DNA of 64,000 nucleotides from assembly GCF_009914755.1 (NCBI RefSeq), contig NC_060932.1, one strand, 5' to 3'. Source of the stretch: the human T2T-CHM13v2.0 reference genome, Homo sapiens. The notes under the pieces were generated by a model. It was not told the origin of the DNA. It made no database searches and saw only the letters and a program-made list of their open reading frames with translations. Shown piece by piece: positions 1-13,569 of the stretch (position 1 is its first letter; each line of letters starts with the position of its first letter). The translations under genes and the position numbers were made by a program.

Positions 1-3000
1 CGTCGCTGGGGTCGGCCAGGACACGGTTCATCTCCTCGTCGAAGTAGCCGCGCCGGTAGGCCACGTCCACGGGCACGCGGTGGCTGTGCACGGGGTCGAT
101 GACGCCGCCCGTGGCGATCTGGGCCTCCAGCAGGCGGATGCCGTGCTCCCGGACGATGAGGTCCTTCTGCATGGCCTGGAAGAGGGAGATCTGCTGCCCG
201 GTGTAGGGGTCGGTGTAGCCGGTGACGGCGCGCTCGGCCGACAGCAGCTTCTCCTGGATCTCGCCGCCCACCACGCCCGCGGCCACGGCCTCCTCCACCG
301 ACAGCCTCAGGTTGCGCACGGGGTCGATGACGAAGCCGGTGGCCGCCTGCGCCTCCAGCAGCACCAGGGCCGTGCCGGGCCGCAGCACGCCCTTCCACAT
401 GGCCTGGTAGATGCTCATCTTCTCCTGGCGGCCGGGCTGGTCCTTGGCGGGCACTAGGACGCCCGCGATGCAGCTGGTGCCCTCCAGGTAGCGCTTGACC
501 GAGTCCATCTCCGTCACCTCCTGCAGCGTCTTAGTGCCCTGGGCCAGGTCCCGCAGGGTCTCGGGGCCCAGGATCCCGGACGTGTGCAGCTCGGAGGCGG
601 ACACCTGGCGCCTCAGGCCGCGGAAGGACACCTTGCTGAGCCGCTCCTCGGTCTCCTCGATGACCCGGGTGAGGACGGCGACGAGGTCGGGCAGGCCCAG
701 GGCGCCGGCCGCGTGCTGGGCCAGGAGCTCGTCTCGGCGGGCCTCGCTCAGGTACGAGGAGAAGAGGACGTCCCACACGGAGACCGGCCGCCCCTGGAAC
801 TGCCCGCGCTGCACCTCCATGGTGGCATCACGCAGGGTCTGCTCCTGGCGGCGGGTGGCGGCGGCGGCCTCCTGGGTCTCGCCCTCCCCCTGGCCCTCTC
901 GCTGGGAGCGCCCCGAGTCGCCGTCCCCTCGCCCGGCTGGCCCTGGCTCCCGCGGGCCGCGCCAGGCGTCCTGGAGCTGCGGCCGGGCCCCGGGGGCCTC
1001 CTCGGCCTCCTCGATGATGGCGGTCAGCCGGCGGGTCAGCGCGGGCAAGTCCAGGGTCCCCGAGCCAAACTCGGCCAGCAGCTCCTCCCGGGCGGCCCTG
1101 CTCACGTAGCCGGACGCCAGCACGTCCCACACGGGCACCGCGCGCCCCCGGAGGCGGCCCACCTTGACCTCCATGGTGGCCGCACGCAGGGCCTCCCGGG
1201 GGTCTGGGCGCGGGCTCCCGGCCTCGGCCTCGGCCCGGGCCTGGGCCTGGGCCTGGGCCAGCAGCGAGGTGAGGGTGGCGCCCAGCTCCTCCACGGTCAG
1301 CGTGCCCGCCCGGTATCTGCTCAGCAGGTCCTGGCGCCGGTCCTCGGACACCTCGCGGTAGAAGAGGAGCTCCCAGACGGAGACGCTCTGGCCCTGGAGG
1401 GCGCCCGAGCCTGGCGTCACGCGGGCGTCGCGCAGGGCACAGCGCAGCTCCTCGCTCAGCTGGTGCACGGCGGAGCCCCGGCCTGCCAGCTGCAGCATGT
1501 AGAGCCCGGTGTCCGGGTCGGGCACGCAGCGGCGCAGCAGCTGCACGTACGTGAGGTTCTCGTGCGTGTTGGGGTCGAAGAAGCCCTTGGTGTCGTCGCT
1601 GGGGTCGGCCAGGACACGGTTCATCTCCTCGTCGAAGTAGCCGCGCCGGTAGGCCACGTCCACGGGCACGCGGTGGCTGTGCACGGGGTCGATGACGCCG
1701 CCCGTGGCGATCTGGGCCTCCAGCAGGCGGATGCCGTGCTCCCGGACGATGAGGTCCTTCTGCATGGCCTGGAAGAGGGAGATCTGCTGCCCGGTGTAGG
1801 GGTCGGTGTAGCCGGTGACGGCGCGCTCGGCCGACAGCAGCTTCTCCTGGATCTCGCCGCCCACCACGCCCGCGGCCACGGCCTCCTCCACCGACAGCCT
1901 CAGGTTGCGCACGGGGTCGATGACGAAGCCGGTGGCCGCCTGCGCCTCCAGCAGCACCAGGGCCGTGCCGGGCCGCAGCACGCCCTTCCACATGGCCTGG
2001 TAGATGCTCATCTTCTCCTGGCGGCCGGGCTGGTCCTTGGCGGGCACCAGGACGCCCGCGATGCAGCTGGTGCCCTCCAGGTAGCGCTTGACCGAGTCCA
2101 TCTCCGTCACCTCCTGCAGCGTCTTAGTGCCCTGGGCCAGGTCCCGCAGGGTCTCGGGGCCCAGGATCCCGGACGTGTGCAGCTCGGAGGCGGACACCTG
2201 GCGCCTCAGGCCGCGGAAGGACACCTTGCTGAGCCGCTCCTCCGTCTCCTCGATGACCCGGGTGAGGACGGCGACGAGGTCGGGCAGGCCCAGGGCGCCG
2301 GCCGCGTGCTGGGCCAGGAGCTCGTCTCGGCGGGCCTCGCTCAGGTACGAGGAGAAGAGGACGTCCCACACGGAGACCGGCCGCCCCTGGAACTGCCCGC
2401 GCTGCACCTCCATGGTGGCATCACGCAGGGTCTGCTCCTGGCGGCGGGCGGCGGCGGTGGCCTCCTGGGTCTCGCCCTCCCCCTGGCCCTCTCGCTGGGA
2501 GCGCCCCGAGTCGCCGTCCCCTCGCCCGGCTGGCCCTGGCTCCCGCGGGCCGCGCCAGGTGTCCTGGAGCTGCGGCCGGGCCCCGGGGGCCTCCTCGGCC
2601 TCCTCGATGATGGCGGTCAGCCGGCGGGTCAGCGCGGGCAAGTCCAGGGTCCCCGAGCCAAACTCGGCCAGCAGCTCCTCCCGGGCGGCTCCGCTCACGT
2701 AGCCGGACACCAGCACGTCCCACACGGGCACCGCGCGCCCCCGGAGGCGGCCCACCTTGACCTCCATGGTGGCCGCACGCAGGGCCTCCCGGGGGTCTGG
2801 GCGCGGGCTCCCGGCCTCGGCCTCGGCCCGGGCCTGGGCCTGGGCCTGGGCCAGCAGCGAGGTGAGGGTGGCGCCCAGCTCCTCCACGGTCAGCGTGCCC
2901 GCCCGGTATCTGCTCAGCAGGTCCTGGCGCCGGTCCTCGGACACCTCGCGGTAGAAGAGGAGCTCCCAGACGGAGACGCTCTGGCCCTGGAGGGCGCCCG

Positions 3001-6000
3001 AGCCTGGCGTCACGCGGGCGTCGCGCAGGGCACAGCGCAGCTCCTCGCTCAGCTGGTGCACGGCGGAGCCCCGGCCTGCCAGCTGCAGCATGTAGAGCCC
3101 GGTGTCCGGGTCGGGCACGCAGCGGCGCAGCAGCTGCACGTACGTGAGGTTCTCGTGCGTGTTGGGGTCGAAGAAGCCCTTGGTGTCGTCGCTGGGGTCG
3201 GCCAGGACACGGTTCATCTCCTCGTCGAAGTAGCCGCGCCGGTAGGCCACGTCCACGGGCACGCGGTGGCTGTGCACGGGGTCGATGACGCCGCCCGTGG
3301 CGATCTGGGCCTCCAGCAGGCGGATGCCGTGCTCCCGGACGATGAGGTCCTTCTGCATGGCCTGGAAGAGGGAGATCTGCTGCCCGGTGTAGGGGTCGGT
3401 GTAGCCGGTGACGGCGCGCTCGGCCGACAGCAGCTTCTCCTGGATCTCGCCGCCCACCACGCCCGCGGCCACGGCCTCCTCCACCGACAGCCTCAGGTTG
3501 CGCACGGGGTCGATGACGAAGCCGGTGGCCGCCTGCGCCTCCAGCAGCACCAGGGCCGTGCCGGGCCGCAGCACGCCCTTCCACATGGCCTGGTAGATGC
3601 TCATCTTCTCCTGGCGGCCGGGCTGGTCCTTGGCGGGCACCAGGACGCCCGCGATGCAGCTGGTGCCCTCCAGGTAGCGCTTGACCGAGTCCATCTCCGT
3701 CACCTCCTGCAGCGTCTTAGTGCCCTGGGCCAGGTCCCGCAGGGTCTCGGGGCCCAGGATCCCGGACGTGTGCAGCTCGGAGGCGGACACCTGGCGCCTC
3801 AGGCCGCGGAAGGACACCTTGCTGAGCCGCTCCTCCGTCTCCTCGATGACCCGGGTGAGGACGGCGACGAGGTCGGGCAGGCCCAGGGCGCCGGCCGCGT
3901 GCTGGGCCAGGAGCTCGTCTCGGCGGGCCTCGCTCAGGTACGAGGAGAAGAGGACGTCCCACACGGAGACCGGCCGCCCCTGGAACTGCCCGCGCTGCAC
4001 CTCCATGGTGGCATCACGCAGGGTCTGCTCCTGGCGGCGGGCGGCGGCGGCGGCGGCGGCGGCCTCCTGGGTCTCGCCCTCCCCCTGGCCCTCTCGCTGG
4101 GAGCGCCCCGAGTCGCCGTCCCCTCGCCCGGCTGGCCCTGGCTCCCGCGGGCCGCGCCAGGCGTCCTGGAGCTGCGGCCAGGCCCCGGGGGCCTCCTCGG
4201 CCTCCTCGATGATGGCGGTCAGCCGGCGGGTCAGCGCGGGCAAGTCCAGGGTCCCCGAGCCAAACTCGGCCAGCAGCTCCTCCCGGGCGGCCCCGCTCAC
4301 GTAGCCGGACGCCAGCACGTCCCACACGGGCACCGCGCGCCCCCGGAGGCGGCCCACCTTGACCTCCATGGTGGCCGCACGCAGGGCCTCCCGGGGTTCT
4401 GGGCGCGGGCTCCCGGCCTCGGCCTCGGCCCGGGCCTGGGCCTGGGCCTGGGCCAGCAGCGAGGTGAGGGTGGCGCCCAGCTCCTCCACGGTCAGCGTGC
4501 CCGCCCGGTATCTGCTCAGCAGGTCCTGGCGCCGGTCCTCGGACACCTCGCGGTAGAAGAGGAGCTCCCAGACGGAGACGCTCTGGCCCTGGAGGGCGCC
4601 CGAGCCTGGCGTCACGCGGGCGTCACGCAGGGCACAGCGCAGCTCCTCGCTCAGCTGGTGCACGGCGGAGCCCCGGCCTGCCAGCTGCAGCATGTAGAGC
4701 CCGGTGTCCGGGTCGGGCACGCAGCGGCGCAGCAGCTGCACGTACGTGAGGTTCTCGTGCGTGTTGGGGTCGAAGAAGCCCTTGGTGTCGTCGCTGGGGT
4801 CGGCCAGGACACGGTTCATCTCCTCGTCGAAGTAGCCGCGCCGGTAGGCCACGTCCACGGGCACGCGGTGGCTGTGCACGGGGTCGATGACGCCGCCCGT
4901 GGCGATCTGGGCCTCCAGCAGGCGGATGCCGTGCTCCCGGACGATGAGGTCCTTCTGCATGGCCTGGAAGAGGGAGATCTGCTGCCCGGTGTAGGGGTCG
5001 GTGTAGCCGGTGACGGCGCGCTCGGCCGACAGCAGCTTCTCCTGGATCTCGCCGCCCACCACGCCCGCGGCCACGGCCTCCTCCACCGACAGCCTCAGGT
5101 TGCGCACGGGGTCGATGACGAAGCCGGTGGCCGCCTGCGCCTCCAGCAGCACCAGGGCCGTGCCGGGCCGCAGCACGCCCTTCCACATGGCCTGGTAGAT
5201 GCTCATCTTCTCCTGGCGGCCGGGCTGGTCCTTGGCGGGCACCAGGACGCCCGCGATGCAGCTGGTGCCCTCCAGGTAGCGCTTGACCGAGTCCATCTCC
5301 GTCACCTCCTGCAGCGTCTTAGTGCCCTGGGCCAGGTCCCGCAGGGTCTCGGGGCCCAGGATCCCGGACGTGTGCAGCTCGGAGGCGGACACCTGGCGCC
5401 TCAGGCCGCGGAAGGACACCTTGCTGAGCCGCTCCTCCGTCTCCTCGATGACCCGGGTGAGGACGGCGACGAGGTCGGGCAGGCCCAGGGCGCCGGCCGC
5501 GTGCTGGGCCAGGAGCTCGTCTCGGCGGGCCTCGCTCAGGTACGAGGAGAAGAGGACGTCCCACACGGAGACCGGCCGCCCCTGGAACTGCCCGCGCTGC
5601 ACCTCCATGGTGGCATCACGCAGGGTCTGCTCCTGGCGGCGGGCGGCGGCAGCGGCGGCCTCCTGGGTCTCGCCCTCCCCCTGGCCCTCTCGCTGGGAGC
5701 GCCCCGAGTCGCCGTCCCCTCGCCCGGCTGGCCCGGGCTCCCGCGGGCCGCGCCAGGCGTCCTGGAGCTGCGGCCGGGCCCCGGGGGCCTCCTCGGCCTC
5801 CTCGATGATGGCGGTCAGCCGGCGGGTCAGCACGGGCAAGTCCAGGGTCCCCGAGCCAAACTCGGCCAGCAGCTCCTCCCGGGCGGCCCCGCTCACGTAG
5901 CCGGACGCCAGCACGTCCCACACGGGCACCGCGCGCCCCCGGAGGCGGCCCACCTTGACCTCCATGGTGGCCGCACGCAGGGCCTCCCGGGGGTCTGGGC

Positions 6001-6876
6001 GCGGGCTCCCGGCCTCGGCCTCGGCCCGGGCCTGGGCCTGGGCCAGCAGCGAGGTGAGGGTGGCGCCCAGCTCCTCCACGGTCAGCGTGCCCGCCCGGTA
6101 TCTGCTCAGCAGGTCCTGGCGCCGGTCCTCGGACACCTCGCGGTAGAAGAGGAGCTCCCAGACGGAGACGCTCTGGCCCTGGAGGGCGCCCGAGCCTGGC
6201 GTCACGCGGGCGTCGCGCAGGGCACAGCGCAGCTCCTCGCTCAGCTGGTGCACGGCGGAGCCCCGGCCTGCCAGCTGCAGCATGTAGAGCCCGGTGTCCG
6301 GGTCGGGCACGCAGCGGCGCAGCAGCTGCACGTACGTGAGGTTCTCGTGCGTGTTGGGGTCGAAGAAGCCCTTGGTGTCGTCGCTGGGGTCGGCCAGGAC
6401 GCGGTTCATCTCCTCGTCGAAGTAGCCGCGCCGGTAGGCCACGTCCACGGGCACGCGGTGGCTGTGCACGGGGTCGATGACGCCGCCCGTGGCGATCTGG
6501 GCCTCCAGCAGGCGGATGCCGTGCTCCCGGACGATGAGGTCCTTCTGCATGGCCTGGAAGAGAGAGATCTGCTGTCCGGTGTAGGGGTCGGTGTAGCCGG
6601 TGACGGCGCGCTCGGCCGACAGCAGCTTCTCCTGGATCTCACCGCCCACCACGCCCGCGGCCACGGCCTCCTCCACCGACAGCCTCAGGTTGCGCACGGG
6701 GTCGATGACGAAGCCGGTGGCCGCCTGCGCCTCCAGCAGCACCAGGGCCGTGCCGGGCCGCAGCACGCCCTTCCACATGGCCTGGTAGATGCTCATCTTC
6801 TCCTGGCGGCCGGGCTGGTCCTTGGCGGGCACCAGGACGCCCGCGATGCAGCTGGTGCCCTCCAGGTAGCGCTTGA
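1..6876 (-). repeat. EPPK1: Coding tandem array of near-identical ~1.6-kb units (linker + B domain) inside EPPK1
   Basis: Equivalent positions recur at 495, 2088, 3681, 5283 and 6873 (periods 1593, 1593, 1602, 1590 bp); units differ by few substitutions and in-frame microsatellite indels. Confidence 0.97.
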
Positions 6877-9800
6877 CGCAGTCGTCCTCCATGAGCTCTT
6901 GCGTCGTGCTCCGTCCCGTTTCCAGGTCCTGGAGCATTTCCTCCGTGATTATGGCTGAGCTGAGGAGTTCAGAAGCTGTGATCTGTCGTCTAATTCCTTG
7001 GAACCACAGGTGTTTGTTGCTGGTTTCCTGCTTCTCGATCAACTCTAAGATGAGCTGCGCTACCGTCTGCAGTGCCCGTCTGGTGTGTGTTCTATACATC
7101 CTCACCAGCTGGAGCTTCTTCTCCTCTGTCACGTATTCGGAATTCAGTAGTGCCCACAGTGTTGGTTTCTGGCCTCTGAACCTTCCCACTGTGATTTCCA
7201 CTTGCTCTGCCTCCAGGGCCCTTCTCGTCTCGTCATCGATGTGCTCGGAGTCCCGTGCAGCCTTGTTCACTGGGAACAGCAGCCAGCCCGTGTCCTCTTG
7301 TGGGCGGCACCTCTCCTGCAGCTCTCGGTACGAGACCTTCTCTTGCGTGTTCGGGTCCACAAACCGTTTCCTCATGTGCTTCTGGTCGGAAATGAGCGCA
7401 TAGATGTCCTTGTGCAGACAGCCCCGTCTGTAGGCTGTTTCCAGTGGGAGCCGGTGGTGGTGCTGTGGGTCGATGACACCCCCCGTGGCCACCTGCACCT
7501 CCAGCAGCCTCAGTGCCTCCGCCTTCTCGATGAGCTGCTTCTGCATGGCCTGGAACAGCGGGATCGTGTCTCCTGTGGCCGGATCCCTGTAGCCCGTGGC
7601 AGCTCTTTCAGCCTTCAGGAGCCTCTCCCGCAGCTCCTCGTTCACCAGGCCCACATCCACAGCCTCATCCACAGAGAGCTTCTGGCGGGTGCAGGGGTCC
7701 AGGAGGAACCCGGTGGCGGCCTGCGCCTCCAGCAGCCAAGTCGCAAATGCTGCAGGGATGAGCTCCTTCCTGCTGGCCTCATGGAGGCTCATGACCTCCC
7801 TGGTGGAGGGCACCGTGACCCCCGCAATGCAGCCGCTGCCTTCCAGATAGGGCTTCACACACTCCAGCGTGCTGAGTGCCTGTCCCCCAGTCCTCCCCAC
7901 ACGAAGTGTGTGCAGGGTCTTCTGATCGATGACCCTGGAGTTGAACAGGTCTGCAGCTGTCACCTCCCCTCTGATGGCCGCCACTTTGATGCCTTGGTTT
8001 TGCGTCTCTGTTTCTTCAATTGTCGTGGTGATGATTTCCAGCAATTTCTCCAGGCCCCCACTCTGGGCTCCATACTCCTGGATGAGCTCCCGCTTCCTGT
8101 CCTCTGTGAAGTATGGAGAGGACAGCAGGTCCCAGAAAGAGACCACCTGGTCAGCAAACCTCCCCACGCGCATTTTTGCAGTTCTGGATTGCAACACGTG
8201 TCTCGTGGCCTCATTGATGTACACGTAGTTTTCTCCTTTCTTTATGATTTGTAGCAGGTACAGGCCCGTCTCGGGGTCCTCCACACAGCGCTCCAGAAGC
8301 TGCAGGTACGTGAGGTTCTCGTGCGTGTTGGGGTCGAAGAAGCCCTTGGTGTCGTCGCTGGGGTCCGCCAGGATGCGGTTCATCTCCTCGTCGAAGTAGC
8401 CGCAGCGGTAGGCCACGTCCACGGGCACGCGGTGGCTGTGCACGGGGTCGATGATGCCGCCCGTGGCGATCTGGGCCTCCAGCAGGCGGATGCCGTGCTC
8501 CCGGACGATGAGGTCCTTCTGCATGGCCTGGAAGAGGGAGATCTGCTGCCCGGTATAGGGGTCGGTGTAGCCGGTGACGGCGCGCTCGGCCGACAGCAGC
8601 TTCACGTAGGTTTCTTTCCCGAACATTCCTGCTTTGAACGCCTCCTCCACGGTCAGCTTCCGGTTCTCCACGGGGTCGATGATGAAGCCGGTAGCTGCCT
8701 GTGCCTCCAGCAGCACCAGGGCTGTGCCAGGCCGCAGGATGTGCCTCCTCAGGGCCTCTGGGATGCTCATCCTCTCCTGGGTGCCCTGGATAAGGACCCC
8801 GGCAATGAAGTTGCCTCCCTCCAGGGACCGCTTCACGCTGTCCATCTCCGCCACCTCCTTCACAGTCGTTGTCCCCTGGCTCAGCTCGTCCAGCGTCTTC
8901 CTGCTGATCAGCTGCGCCCTGAACAGGTCCCTGGCTGACACCTGCTTCCGGAGCCCTCTGAAGGTGGCCTGCAGGGGCTGCCTCTCTGCAGCCTCGACCA
9001 GGGCGGTGACTGCGCTGACCACCTGCCGCAGGGCCGCAGCCCTCCCAGACCGACAGAGTGCCACCAGCTCCCGCCGCTTGTCAGCGCCAACGTATTCGGA
9101 GAGCAGCAGGTCCCAGAGTGACACGCTACACCCCTTAAACCTCCCTGTGCTGACGGGCACCTTCATGGCCCTCAGAGCCACCGCGGTGTGGTCGTCCACC
9201 TCAAGCACTGTGTCTGAGGGCAGTGGCAACAGCAACAATCCGGTCTCGGAGTCGCACACGCAGCGCTCCCTGAGCTGCTGGTAGGTCACCTGGTCCCGCG
9301 CACTGGGGTCAAAGAAGAACTTGTTGTCCTTGTCAACTGCAGTCAGCACCTGGCTCGTCTGTGTGTCCAGAAGGCCGAGTCTGCAGGCTGCCGCCTGGGG
9401 CAGGTGCACCCCGTGGACAGGGTCCACCACACCCCCTGTGGCCAGCTGCACCTGCAGGAGGGGCAAGCCCTCGTTCTGTGGCACGAGCCCCTTCTCCATG
9501 GCCTGCCACAGAGAGAGGGAGGCCCTAGAGTAGGGATCTGGGTACCCGGCCGCCGCCCTCTCGGCCTGCCCGAGCTGCTCACTCAGCTCCCTGCCCACCA
9601 GGCCGACCTTAACCGCGTCCTCCACTGACAGTCTCTGGTTGTTCAGGGGGTCAACAAGGAAGCCAGATGCCACCTGGGCTTCCAGCAGCCTCTGGCCCAG
9701 GCCTGTGGGCAGGAGGCCATCCCTCACGGCCTGGGCGATGCTGGCCTTGGCCCCAGAGGGCTGTAGCAGCACACCGGCCACGCAGCCTGTGCCCCACAGG

Positions 9801-12800
9801 CAGGCCTTCACCGCCGGCTGCTCGGCGACCTGGGCGGGCGACTGCGTGCCCTGAGCCAGGGCCTCAAGGGTCTCCTGGGTGATGATGCCAGCATCCAGCA
9901 GCCAGACAGCGGGTACCTCACCCCGTGGGCCGGGCACCATGACGCGGGCCTGGGCCAGGAGCTTGGTCTCCTGTACCCACCTCTGCACAGAGGCTAGCAG
10001 CTGTGGCACAGTGGTCCTCCCCTCCTGCACGTCCTCCAGCAGGCCCCTCCGTTGCTCCTCGGTGAAGTGGCAGGAGCTGAGCAGGTCCCAGAGGGATGTG
10101 CCATCCTTGGCCCCCGGCACGGCCTGCAGGCTCCTCTGGACCTGCTCCTCGGTGGGGAGGGCAGGAGCACTTTCTGGCAGGGGCAGGAGGTGAAGGCCAG
10201 AAGTCTCATCCCTGGGGCACTCCTCCAGGAGCTGGGCATAGCTCGTGCGCCCCTGGCCGTCCGGTGTGGGGAAGGTCTCGGAGGAGCTGGACAAGGCTGT
10301 CTCCATCTCCTGGTCAACATAGCCACGCTGAATGGCCACTGGCATGGGGAGGTGGTGGTGGCTGGTGGGGTCAATGATCCCTCCTGTGGCCACTTGAGCC
10401 TCCAGGAGGCGGGCAGCTTGCTCCCAAGGGATGAGACCTTTCTTCATGGCCTGGAACACAGACACCTGCTTCCCAGAGAAGGGGTCTCTGAAGCCAGCAA
10501 TGGCACCCTCAGCCCGCTTCAGCCTGCCATACAGCTCCGGCCCCACCACACCCCTGCGCACGGCCTCATCCACCGAGAGGCTCTCTGGGCTGTGAGGGTC
10601 CATGATGGTTCCGGTGGCCGCCTGGGCCTCCAGCAGGGCCAGGGCCACCCTGGGCCCCAGCAGCTTCTGCCTCATGGCCTGGTAGAGGCTGAGCCGCTGG
10701 CCAGAGGGCAGCAGCCGCACACCGCCCACAGCTCCCAGACCGCACAGGTACCTGCGGACGCCGTCCATGAGTAGGAGGGCCTCCGGGCTGATTGTCCCGG
10801 CCAGCACTTGGTCCAACAGCTGCTGGTCAATGATACCGGCCTCCAGGAGCTGGTGGACGGTGACCCGGCTCCGCAGTGCGGGCAGCATGATGTCCGCCTG
10901 TCTCTGCGTCTCCGCCTCCAGCAGCTTTGCCACCTGCCCCAGCGTGACCTCGCGCTGCCGGTAGCGACGCAGCAGCTGCCTCCTGCGGCCCTCGCTGAAG
11001 TACTCAGAGTTGATCAGCTCCCACGCGGAGACCCTCTGCCCCTGAAACCGTCCATACTTCACGGAGAGCAGCAGGTTCTGGAAGGCCTGCTGGGTGGCAC
11101 TGTCCACCAGCGGGGACTGCGTGCTGCTGAGTGGCAGGAGGTACAGGCCCGTCTCGGGGTCACGCACACAGCGCTCCAGAAGCTGCAGGTACGTGAGGTT
11201 CTCGTGCGTGTTGGGGTCGAAGAAGCCCTTGGTGTCGTCAGAAGGGTCCAACAGGATCAAGTTCAGCATCTGATCGAAGTAGCCGCGCCGGCAGGCCACG
11301 TCCACGGGCACGCGGTGGCTGTGCACGGGGTCGATGACGCCGCCCGTGGCGATCTGGGCCTCCAGCAGGCGGATGCCGTGCTCCCGGACGATGAGGCCCT
11401 TCTGCATGGCCTGGAAGAGGGAGATCTGCTGCCCGGTGTAGGGGTCAGTGTAGCCAGTGACAGCGCGCTCAGCCGACAGCAGCTTCGCGAACACATCAGG
11501 CCCAATGACAGCAGCCCTCAGTGCCTCCTCAACGGAGTGCCCCTTGTTTGCTTTTGGGTCGATGATGAAGCCTGTGGCAGCTTGTGCCTCCAGAAGGATG
11601 AGGGCAGTGCCGGGCCGGAGGAGCCCCTTGCATCGGGCCTCATAGATGCTCAGGCGTTCCTGGGAGCCAGGGAGCAGCAGGCCAGCAATGCAGCCCGTAC
11701 CCTGCAGGTACCTCTGCACCGAGGCCAGGCTGCCCACATCCTTGGCTGTGGCCTGTCCATGCTCCAGCCGCTCGTACAGGTCCTGGTCGATGATCTCGGC
11801 TTTCAGCAGCTCTCCTGGTGTCACGGTGTCCCTCAGCCCAGAAAAGGTGACCCTGGCAGTGGCTGCAGCCTGCTCGAGGGTGGCGCTCAGCTCAGCGGCC
11901 AGCTTCTCCACGGAGAGGGTCCCTTCCTGGTACTGCTGGGCCAGCATCGCCCTCTGCTCTGAGGAGATGGCCTCAGAGAAGAGCAGCTCCCAGAGGGACA
12001 CGGGCCGGCCCCGGAACTTCCCCACAGAGACGGTGGCTGTGGCCGTGCTCAGGGCCTGCCGAGTGCTGTACTTGATGAATGGGGGTCCCTGGGGCTCCCC
12101 TCCCCGGGGTCCCCCTGAGAGTGGCAGGAAGGCAAGCCCGGTCTCTGGGTCGGTGACACAGAGGGCCAGCAGCTGTTCATAGCGCAGGCCGCCGTGCGTG
12201 CCGTCTGAGAAGCTGCCAGCCTGCGAGAGCTGCCGCTGAGTGTCTTCATCCAGGCAGCCGCAGCGCAGGGCGGCCTCCAGGGGCAGCCGGAGCCTGCGTG
12301 CTGGACAGACCAGCCCGCCTGTGGCCAGCTGGGCATCCAAGAGCCGCAGTGCTAGTGGCCTGTCCACTAGCCCCTTCTTCATGGCCTGGAAAAGGGGGAT
12401 TTGGGAGCCACTGAAGGGGTCGTGGTGCCCTGTCACGGCCTGCTCGGCCACCAGGAGCTGCTCATGGAGCTCTGGGCTGACCAGGCCCGCCCTGACTGCC
12501 TCGTCTACCCACAGCCGCTGGCCTGTGATGGGGTCCACCAGGGTGTGGGTGGCAGCCTGGGCCTCTAGGAGTGGCAGCGCGGTGCCCATTGGGAGCAGGT
12601 GCTCGGTGGCAGCCTGGAAAAAGCTCTTCTTGTGGCCTTCGGGCAGCAGGACAACCCCGGCCACGCTGCCGGTACCCTCCAGGTAGCGCCGCACCTCGGC
12701 ACGTGCACTCACGTCCACTGCGGCCAGCCTGCCCTCCCGCAGACCCTGCACAGCCTGCTCGTCCAGGATGCCCACCTCCAGCAGCTCAGCTGCACTCACC

Positions 12801-13522
12801 GCCCCGCCCATGGAGCGGAAGGTGATCTTGAGGGGCAGCAAGGCTAGCCCCGAGCCGGGGGCACGCACACACCTTTCCAGCAGCTGGTGGTATGTCAGCC
12901 GCTCCAGCGTGTTGGGGTCGAGGAAGCGCAGGTCACCTGTGCCAGGCTCAAGCTCTGACAGCTTGTGCCATGTCTCCCGGTCCAGGAGGCCCTGGTGGCA
13001 GGCTGGCTCAGGGGCCACGAGCACTCCCTGGGCGGGGTCCACCAGGCCCCCAGTGGCCAGTTGGACCTCCAGCCAGCTCTGCCCCAGGGCCCTGTCCACA
13101 ACCTCCTTCCCGATGGCCTGAAAGAGGGCCAGCTTCTCACCGCCGTAGGGGTCAGGATAGCCCGTAGTGGCACGCTCAGCGGCCAGCAGCTTCTCCTTCA
13201 GCTCCAGCCCCACCAGACCCTGCTGCAGGGCCTTGGACACAGGGAGCAGCTGGCCCCGGGCGAGGTCCACCAGGCCCCCAGTGGCTGCCTGGGCCTCTAG
13301 CAGAGCCTGCCCGAGCCCAGCAGGCAGGAGGCCCTGCTCCATGGCGGCGTAGACACTCTGGGCCTGGCCCGAGGCCTCCACATACACCCCAGCTATGCTC
13401 CTGGCCTGGGGCCTGGGGGGCGTGCCGGCTCCCAGCGTGGCTGCCATGGCTCTGGGTACACTGGCCTGCTCTGTGCTGTTGGTGCCTGGGACGGGAAGAG
13501 GAGGCAAGGTGTGGCCACTCAT
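2..13522 (-). CDS. EPPK1: Epiplakin, single giant coding exon (3' end lies beyond window start); 11 complete and 1 partial plakin-repeat B domains visible
   Basis: Reverse complement from ATG at 13522 reads [53 protein letters not shown]..., followed by repeated LLEAQAATG / [11 protein letters not shown] / [13 protein letters not shown] plakin motifs. It is absent from the ORF track, consistent with no stop before position 1. Confidence 0.97.
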   Translation of the reverse strand, partial: MSGHTLPPLPVPGTNSTEQASVPRAMAATLGAGTPPRPQARSIAGVYVEASGQAQSVYAAMEQGLLPAGLGQALLEAQAATGGLVDLARGQLLPVSKALQQGLVGLELKEKLLAAERATTGYPDPYGGEKLALFQAIGKEVVDRALGQSWLEVQLATGGLVDPAQGVLVAPEPACHQGLLDRETWHKLSELEPGTGDLRFLDPNTLERLTYHQLLERCVRAPGSGLALLPLKITFRSMGGAVSAAELLEVGILDEQAVQGLREGRLAAVDVSARAEVRRYLEGTGSVAGVVLLPEGHKKSFFQAATEHLLPMGTALPLLEAQAATHTLVDPITGQRLWVDEAVRAGLVSPELHEQLLVAEQAVTGHHDPFSGSQIPLFQAMKKGLVDRPLALRLLDAQLATGGLVCPARRLRLPLEAALRCGCLDEDTQRQLSQAGSFSDGTHGGLRYEQLLALCVTDPETGLAFLPLSGGPRGGEPQGPPFIKYSTRQALSTATATVSVGKFRGRPVSLWELLFSEAISSEQRAMLAQQYQEGTLSVEKLAAELSATLEQAAATARVTFSGLRDTVTPGELLKAEIIDQDLYERLEHGQATAKDVGSLASVQRYLQGTGCIAGLLLPGSQERLSIYEARCKGLLRPGTALILLEAQAATGFIIDPKANKGHSVEEALRAAVIGPDVFAKLLSAERAVTGYTDPYTGQQISLFQAMQKGLIVREHGIRLLEAQIATGGVIDPVHSHRVPVDVACRRGYFDQMLNLILLDPSDDTKGFFDPNTHENLTYLQLLERCVRDPETGLYLLPLSSTQSPLVDSATQQAFQNLLLSVKYGRFQGQRVSAWELINSEYFSEGRRRQLLRRYRQREVTLGQVAKLLEAETQRQADIMLPALRSRVTVHQLLEAGIIDQQLLDQVLAGTISPEALLLMDGVRRYLCGLGAVGGVRLLPSGQRLSLYQAMRQKLLGPRVALALLEAQAATGTIMDPHSPESLSVDEAVRRGVVGPELYGRLKRAEGAIAGFRDPFSGKQVSVFQAMKKGLIPWEQAARLLEAQVATGGIIDPTSHHHLPMPVAIQRGYVDQEMETALSSSSETFPTPDGQGRTSYAQLLEECPRDETSGLHLLPLPESAPALPTEEQVQRSLQAVPGAKDGTSLWDLLSSCHFTEEQRRGLLEDVQEGRTTVPQLLASVQRWVQETKLLAQARVMVPGPRGEVPAVWLLDAGIITQETLEALAQGTQSPAQVAEQPAVKACLWGTGCVAGVLLQPSGAKASIAQAVRDGLLPTGLGQRLLEAQVASGFLVDPLNNQRLSVEDAVKVGLVGRELSEQLGQAERAAAGYPDPYSRASLSLWQAMEKGLVPQNEGLPLLQVQLATGGVVDPVHGVHLPQAAACRLGLLDTQTSQVLTAVDKDNKFFFDPSARDQVTYQQLRERCVCDSETGLLLLPLPSDTVLEVDDHTAVALRAMKVPVSTGRFKGCSVSLWDLLLSEYVGADKRRELVALCRSGRAAALRQVVSAVTALVEAAERQPLQATFRGLRKQVSARDLFRAQLISRKTLDELSQGTTTVKEVAEMDSVKRSLEGGNFIAGVLIQGTQERMSIPEALRRHILRPGTALVLLEAQAATGFIIDPVENRKLTVEEAFKAGMFGKETYVKLLSAERAVTGYTDPYTGQQISLFQAMQKDLIVREHGIRLLEAQIATGGIIDPVHSHRVPVDVAYRCGYFDEEMNRILADPSDDTKGFFDPNTHENLTYLQLLERCVEDPETGLYLLQIIKKGENYVYINEATRHVLQSRTAKMRVGRFADQVVSFWDLLSSPYFTEDRKRELIQEYGAQSGGLEKLLEIITTTIEETETQNQGIKVAAIRGEVTAADLFNSRVIDQKTLHTLRVGRTGGQALSTLECVKPYLEGSGCIAGVTVPSTREVMSLHEASRKELIPAAFATWLLEAQAATGFLLDPCTRQKLSVDEAVDVGLVNEELRERLLKAERAATGYRDPATGDTIPLFQAMQKQLIEKAEALRLLEVQVATGGVIDPQHHHRLPLETAYRRGCLHKDIYALISDQKHMRKRFVDPNTQEKVSYRELQERCRPQEDTGWLLFPVNKAARDSEHIDDETRRALEAEQVEITVGRFRGQKPTLWALLNSEYVTEEKKLQLVRMYRTHTRRALQTVAQLILELIEKQETSNKHLWFQGIRRQITASELLSSAIITEEMLQDLETGRSTTQELMEDDCVKRYLEGTSCIAGVLVPAKDQPGRQEKMSIYQAMWKGVLRPGTALVLLEAQAATGFVIDPVRNLRLSVEEAVAAGVVGGEIQEKLLSAERAVTGYTDPYTGQQISLFQAMQKDLIVREHGIRLLEAQIATGGVIDPVHSHRVPVDVAYRRGYFDEEMNRVLADPSDDTKGFFDPNTHENLTYVQLLRRCVPDPDTGLYMLQLAGRGSAVHQLSEELRCALRDARVTPGSGALQGQSVSVWELLFYREVSEDRRQDLLSRYRAGTLTVEELGATLTSLLAQAQARAEAEAGSPRPDPREALRAATMEVKVGRLRGRAVPVWDVLASGYVSGAAREELLAEFGSGTLDLPVLTRRLTAIIEEAEEAPGARPQLQDAWRGPREPGPAGRGDGDSGRSQREGQGEGETQEAAAAAARRQEQTLRDATMEVQRGQFQGRPVSVWDVLFSSYLSEARRDELLAQHAAGALGLPDLVAVLTRVIEETEERLSKVSFRGLRRQVSASELHTSGILGPETLRDLAQGTKTLQEVTEMDSVKRYLEGTSCIAGVLVPAKDQPGRQEKMSIYQAMWKGVLRPGTALVLLEAQAATGFVIDPVRNLRLSVEEAVAAGVVGGEIQEKLLSAERAVTGYTDPYTGQQISLFQAMQKDLIVREHGIRLLEAQIATGGVIDPVHSHRVPVDVAYRRGYFDEEMNRVLADPSDDTKGFFDPNTHENLTYVQLLRRCVPDPDTGLYMLQLAGRGSAVHQLSEELRCALRDARVTPGSGALQGQSVSVWELLFYREVSEDRRQDLLSRYRAGTLTVEELGATLTSLLAQAQAQARAEAEAGSPRPEPREALRAATMEVKVGRLRGRAVPVWDVLASGYVSGAAREELLAEFGSGTLDLPALTRRLTAIIEEAEEAPGAWPQLQDAWRGPREPGPAGRGDGDSGRSQREGQGEGETQEAAAAAAAARRQEQTLRDATMEVQRGQFQGRPVSVWDVLFSSYLSEARRDELLAQHAAGALGLPDLVAVLTRVIEETEERLSKVSFRGLRRQVSASELHTSGILGPETLRDLAQGTKTLQEVTEMDSVKRYLEGTSCIAGVLVPAKDQPGRQEKMSIYQAMWKGVLRPGTALVLLEAQAATGFVIDPVRNLRLSVEEAVAAGVVGGEIQEKLLSAERAVTGYTDPYTGQQISLFQAMQKDLIVREHGIRLLEAQIATGGVIDPVHSHRVPVDVAYRRGYFDEEMNRVLADPSDDTKGFFDPNTHENLTYVQLLRRCVPDPDTGLYMLQLAGRGSAVHQLSEELRCALRDARVTPGSGALQGQSVSVWELLFYREVSEDRRQDLLSRYRAGTLTVEELGATLTSLLAQAQAQARAEAEAGSPRPDPREALRAATMEVKVGRLRGRAVPVWDVLVSGYVSGAAREELLAEFGSGTLDLPALTRRLTAIIEEAEEAPGARPQLQDTWRGPREPGPAGRGDGDSGRSQREGQGEGETQEATAAARRQEQTLRDATMEVQRGQFQGRPVSVWDVLFSSYLSEARRDELLAQHAAGALGLPDLVAVLTRVIEETEERLSKVSFRGLRRQVSASELHTSGILGPETLRDLAQGTKTLQEVTEMDSVKRYLEGTSCIAGVLVPAKDQPGRQEKMSIYQAMWKGVLRPGTALVLLEAQAATGFVIDPVRNLRLSVEEAVAAGVVGGEIQEKLLSAERAVTGYTDPYTGQQISLFQAMQKDLIVREHGIRLLEAQIATGGVIDPVHSHRVPVDVAYRRGYFDEEMNRVLADPSDDTKGFFDPNTHENLTYVQLLRRCVPDPDTGLYMLQLAGRGSAVHQLSEELRCALRDARVTPGSGALQGQSVSVWELLFYREVSEDRRQDLLSRYRAGTLTVEELGATLTSLLAQAQAQARAEAEAGSPRPDPREALRAATMEVKVGRLRGRAVPVWDVLASGYVSRAAREELLAEFGSGTLDLPALTRRLTAIIEEAEEAPGARPQLQDAWRGPREPGPAGRGDGDSGRSQREGQGEGETQEAAAATRRQEQTLRDATMEVQRGQFQGRPVSVWDVLFSSYLSEARRDELLAQHAAGALGLPDLVAVLTRVIEETEERLSKVSFRGLRRQVSASELHTSGILGPETLRDLAQGTKTLQEVTEMDSVKRYLEGTSCIAGVLVPAKDQPGRQEKMSIYQAMWKGVLRPGTALVLLEAQAATGFVIDPVRNLRLSVEEAVAAGVVGGEIQEKLLSAERAVTGYTDPYTGQQISLFQAMQKDLIVREHGIRLLEAQIATGGVIDPVHSHRVPVDVAYRRGYFDEEMNRVLADPSD

Positions 13523-13569
13523 CACACACGGCTGGTTATGCAGAGCCTGCTGAGGTCCACCTCTGTCCT
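13523..13569 (-). other. EPPK1: EPPK1 coding-exon splice acceptor and 45-nt 5'UTR segment
   Basis: Minus strand reads cctttctgtcccctgcAG|GACAGAGG...; AG at 13568-13569, 45 nt upstream of the ATG. Confidence 0.8.

Noticed and set aside
584-6958. 2124-aa plus-strand ORF
   Set aside because: Antisense shadow of the EPPK1 frame caused by extreme GC3 bias and tandem repetition; similar shadows lie opposite PLEC.
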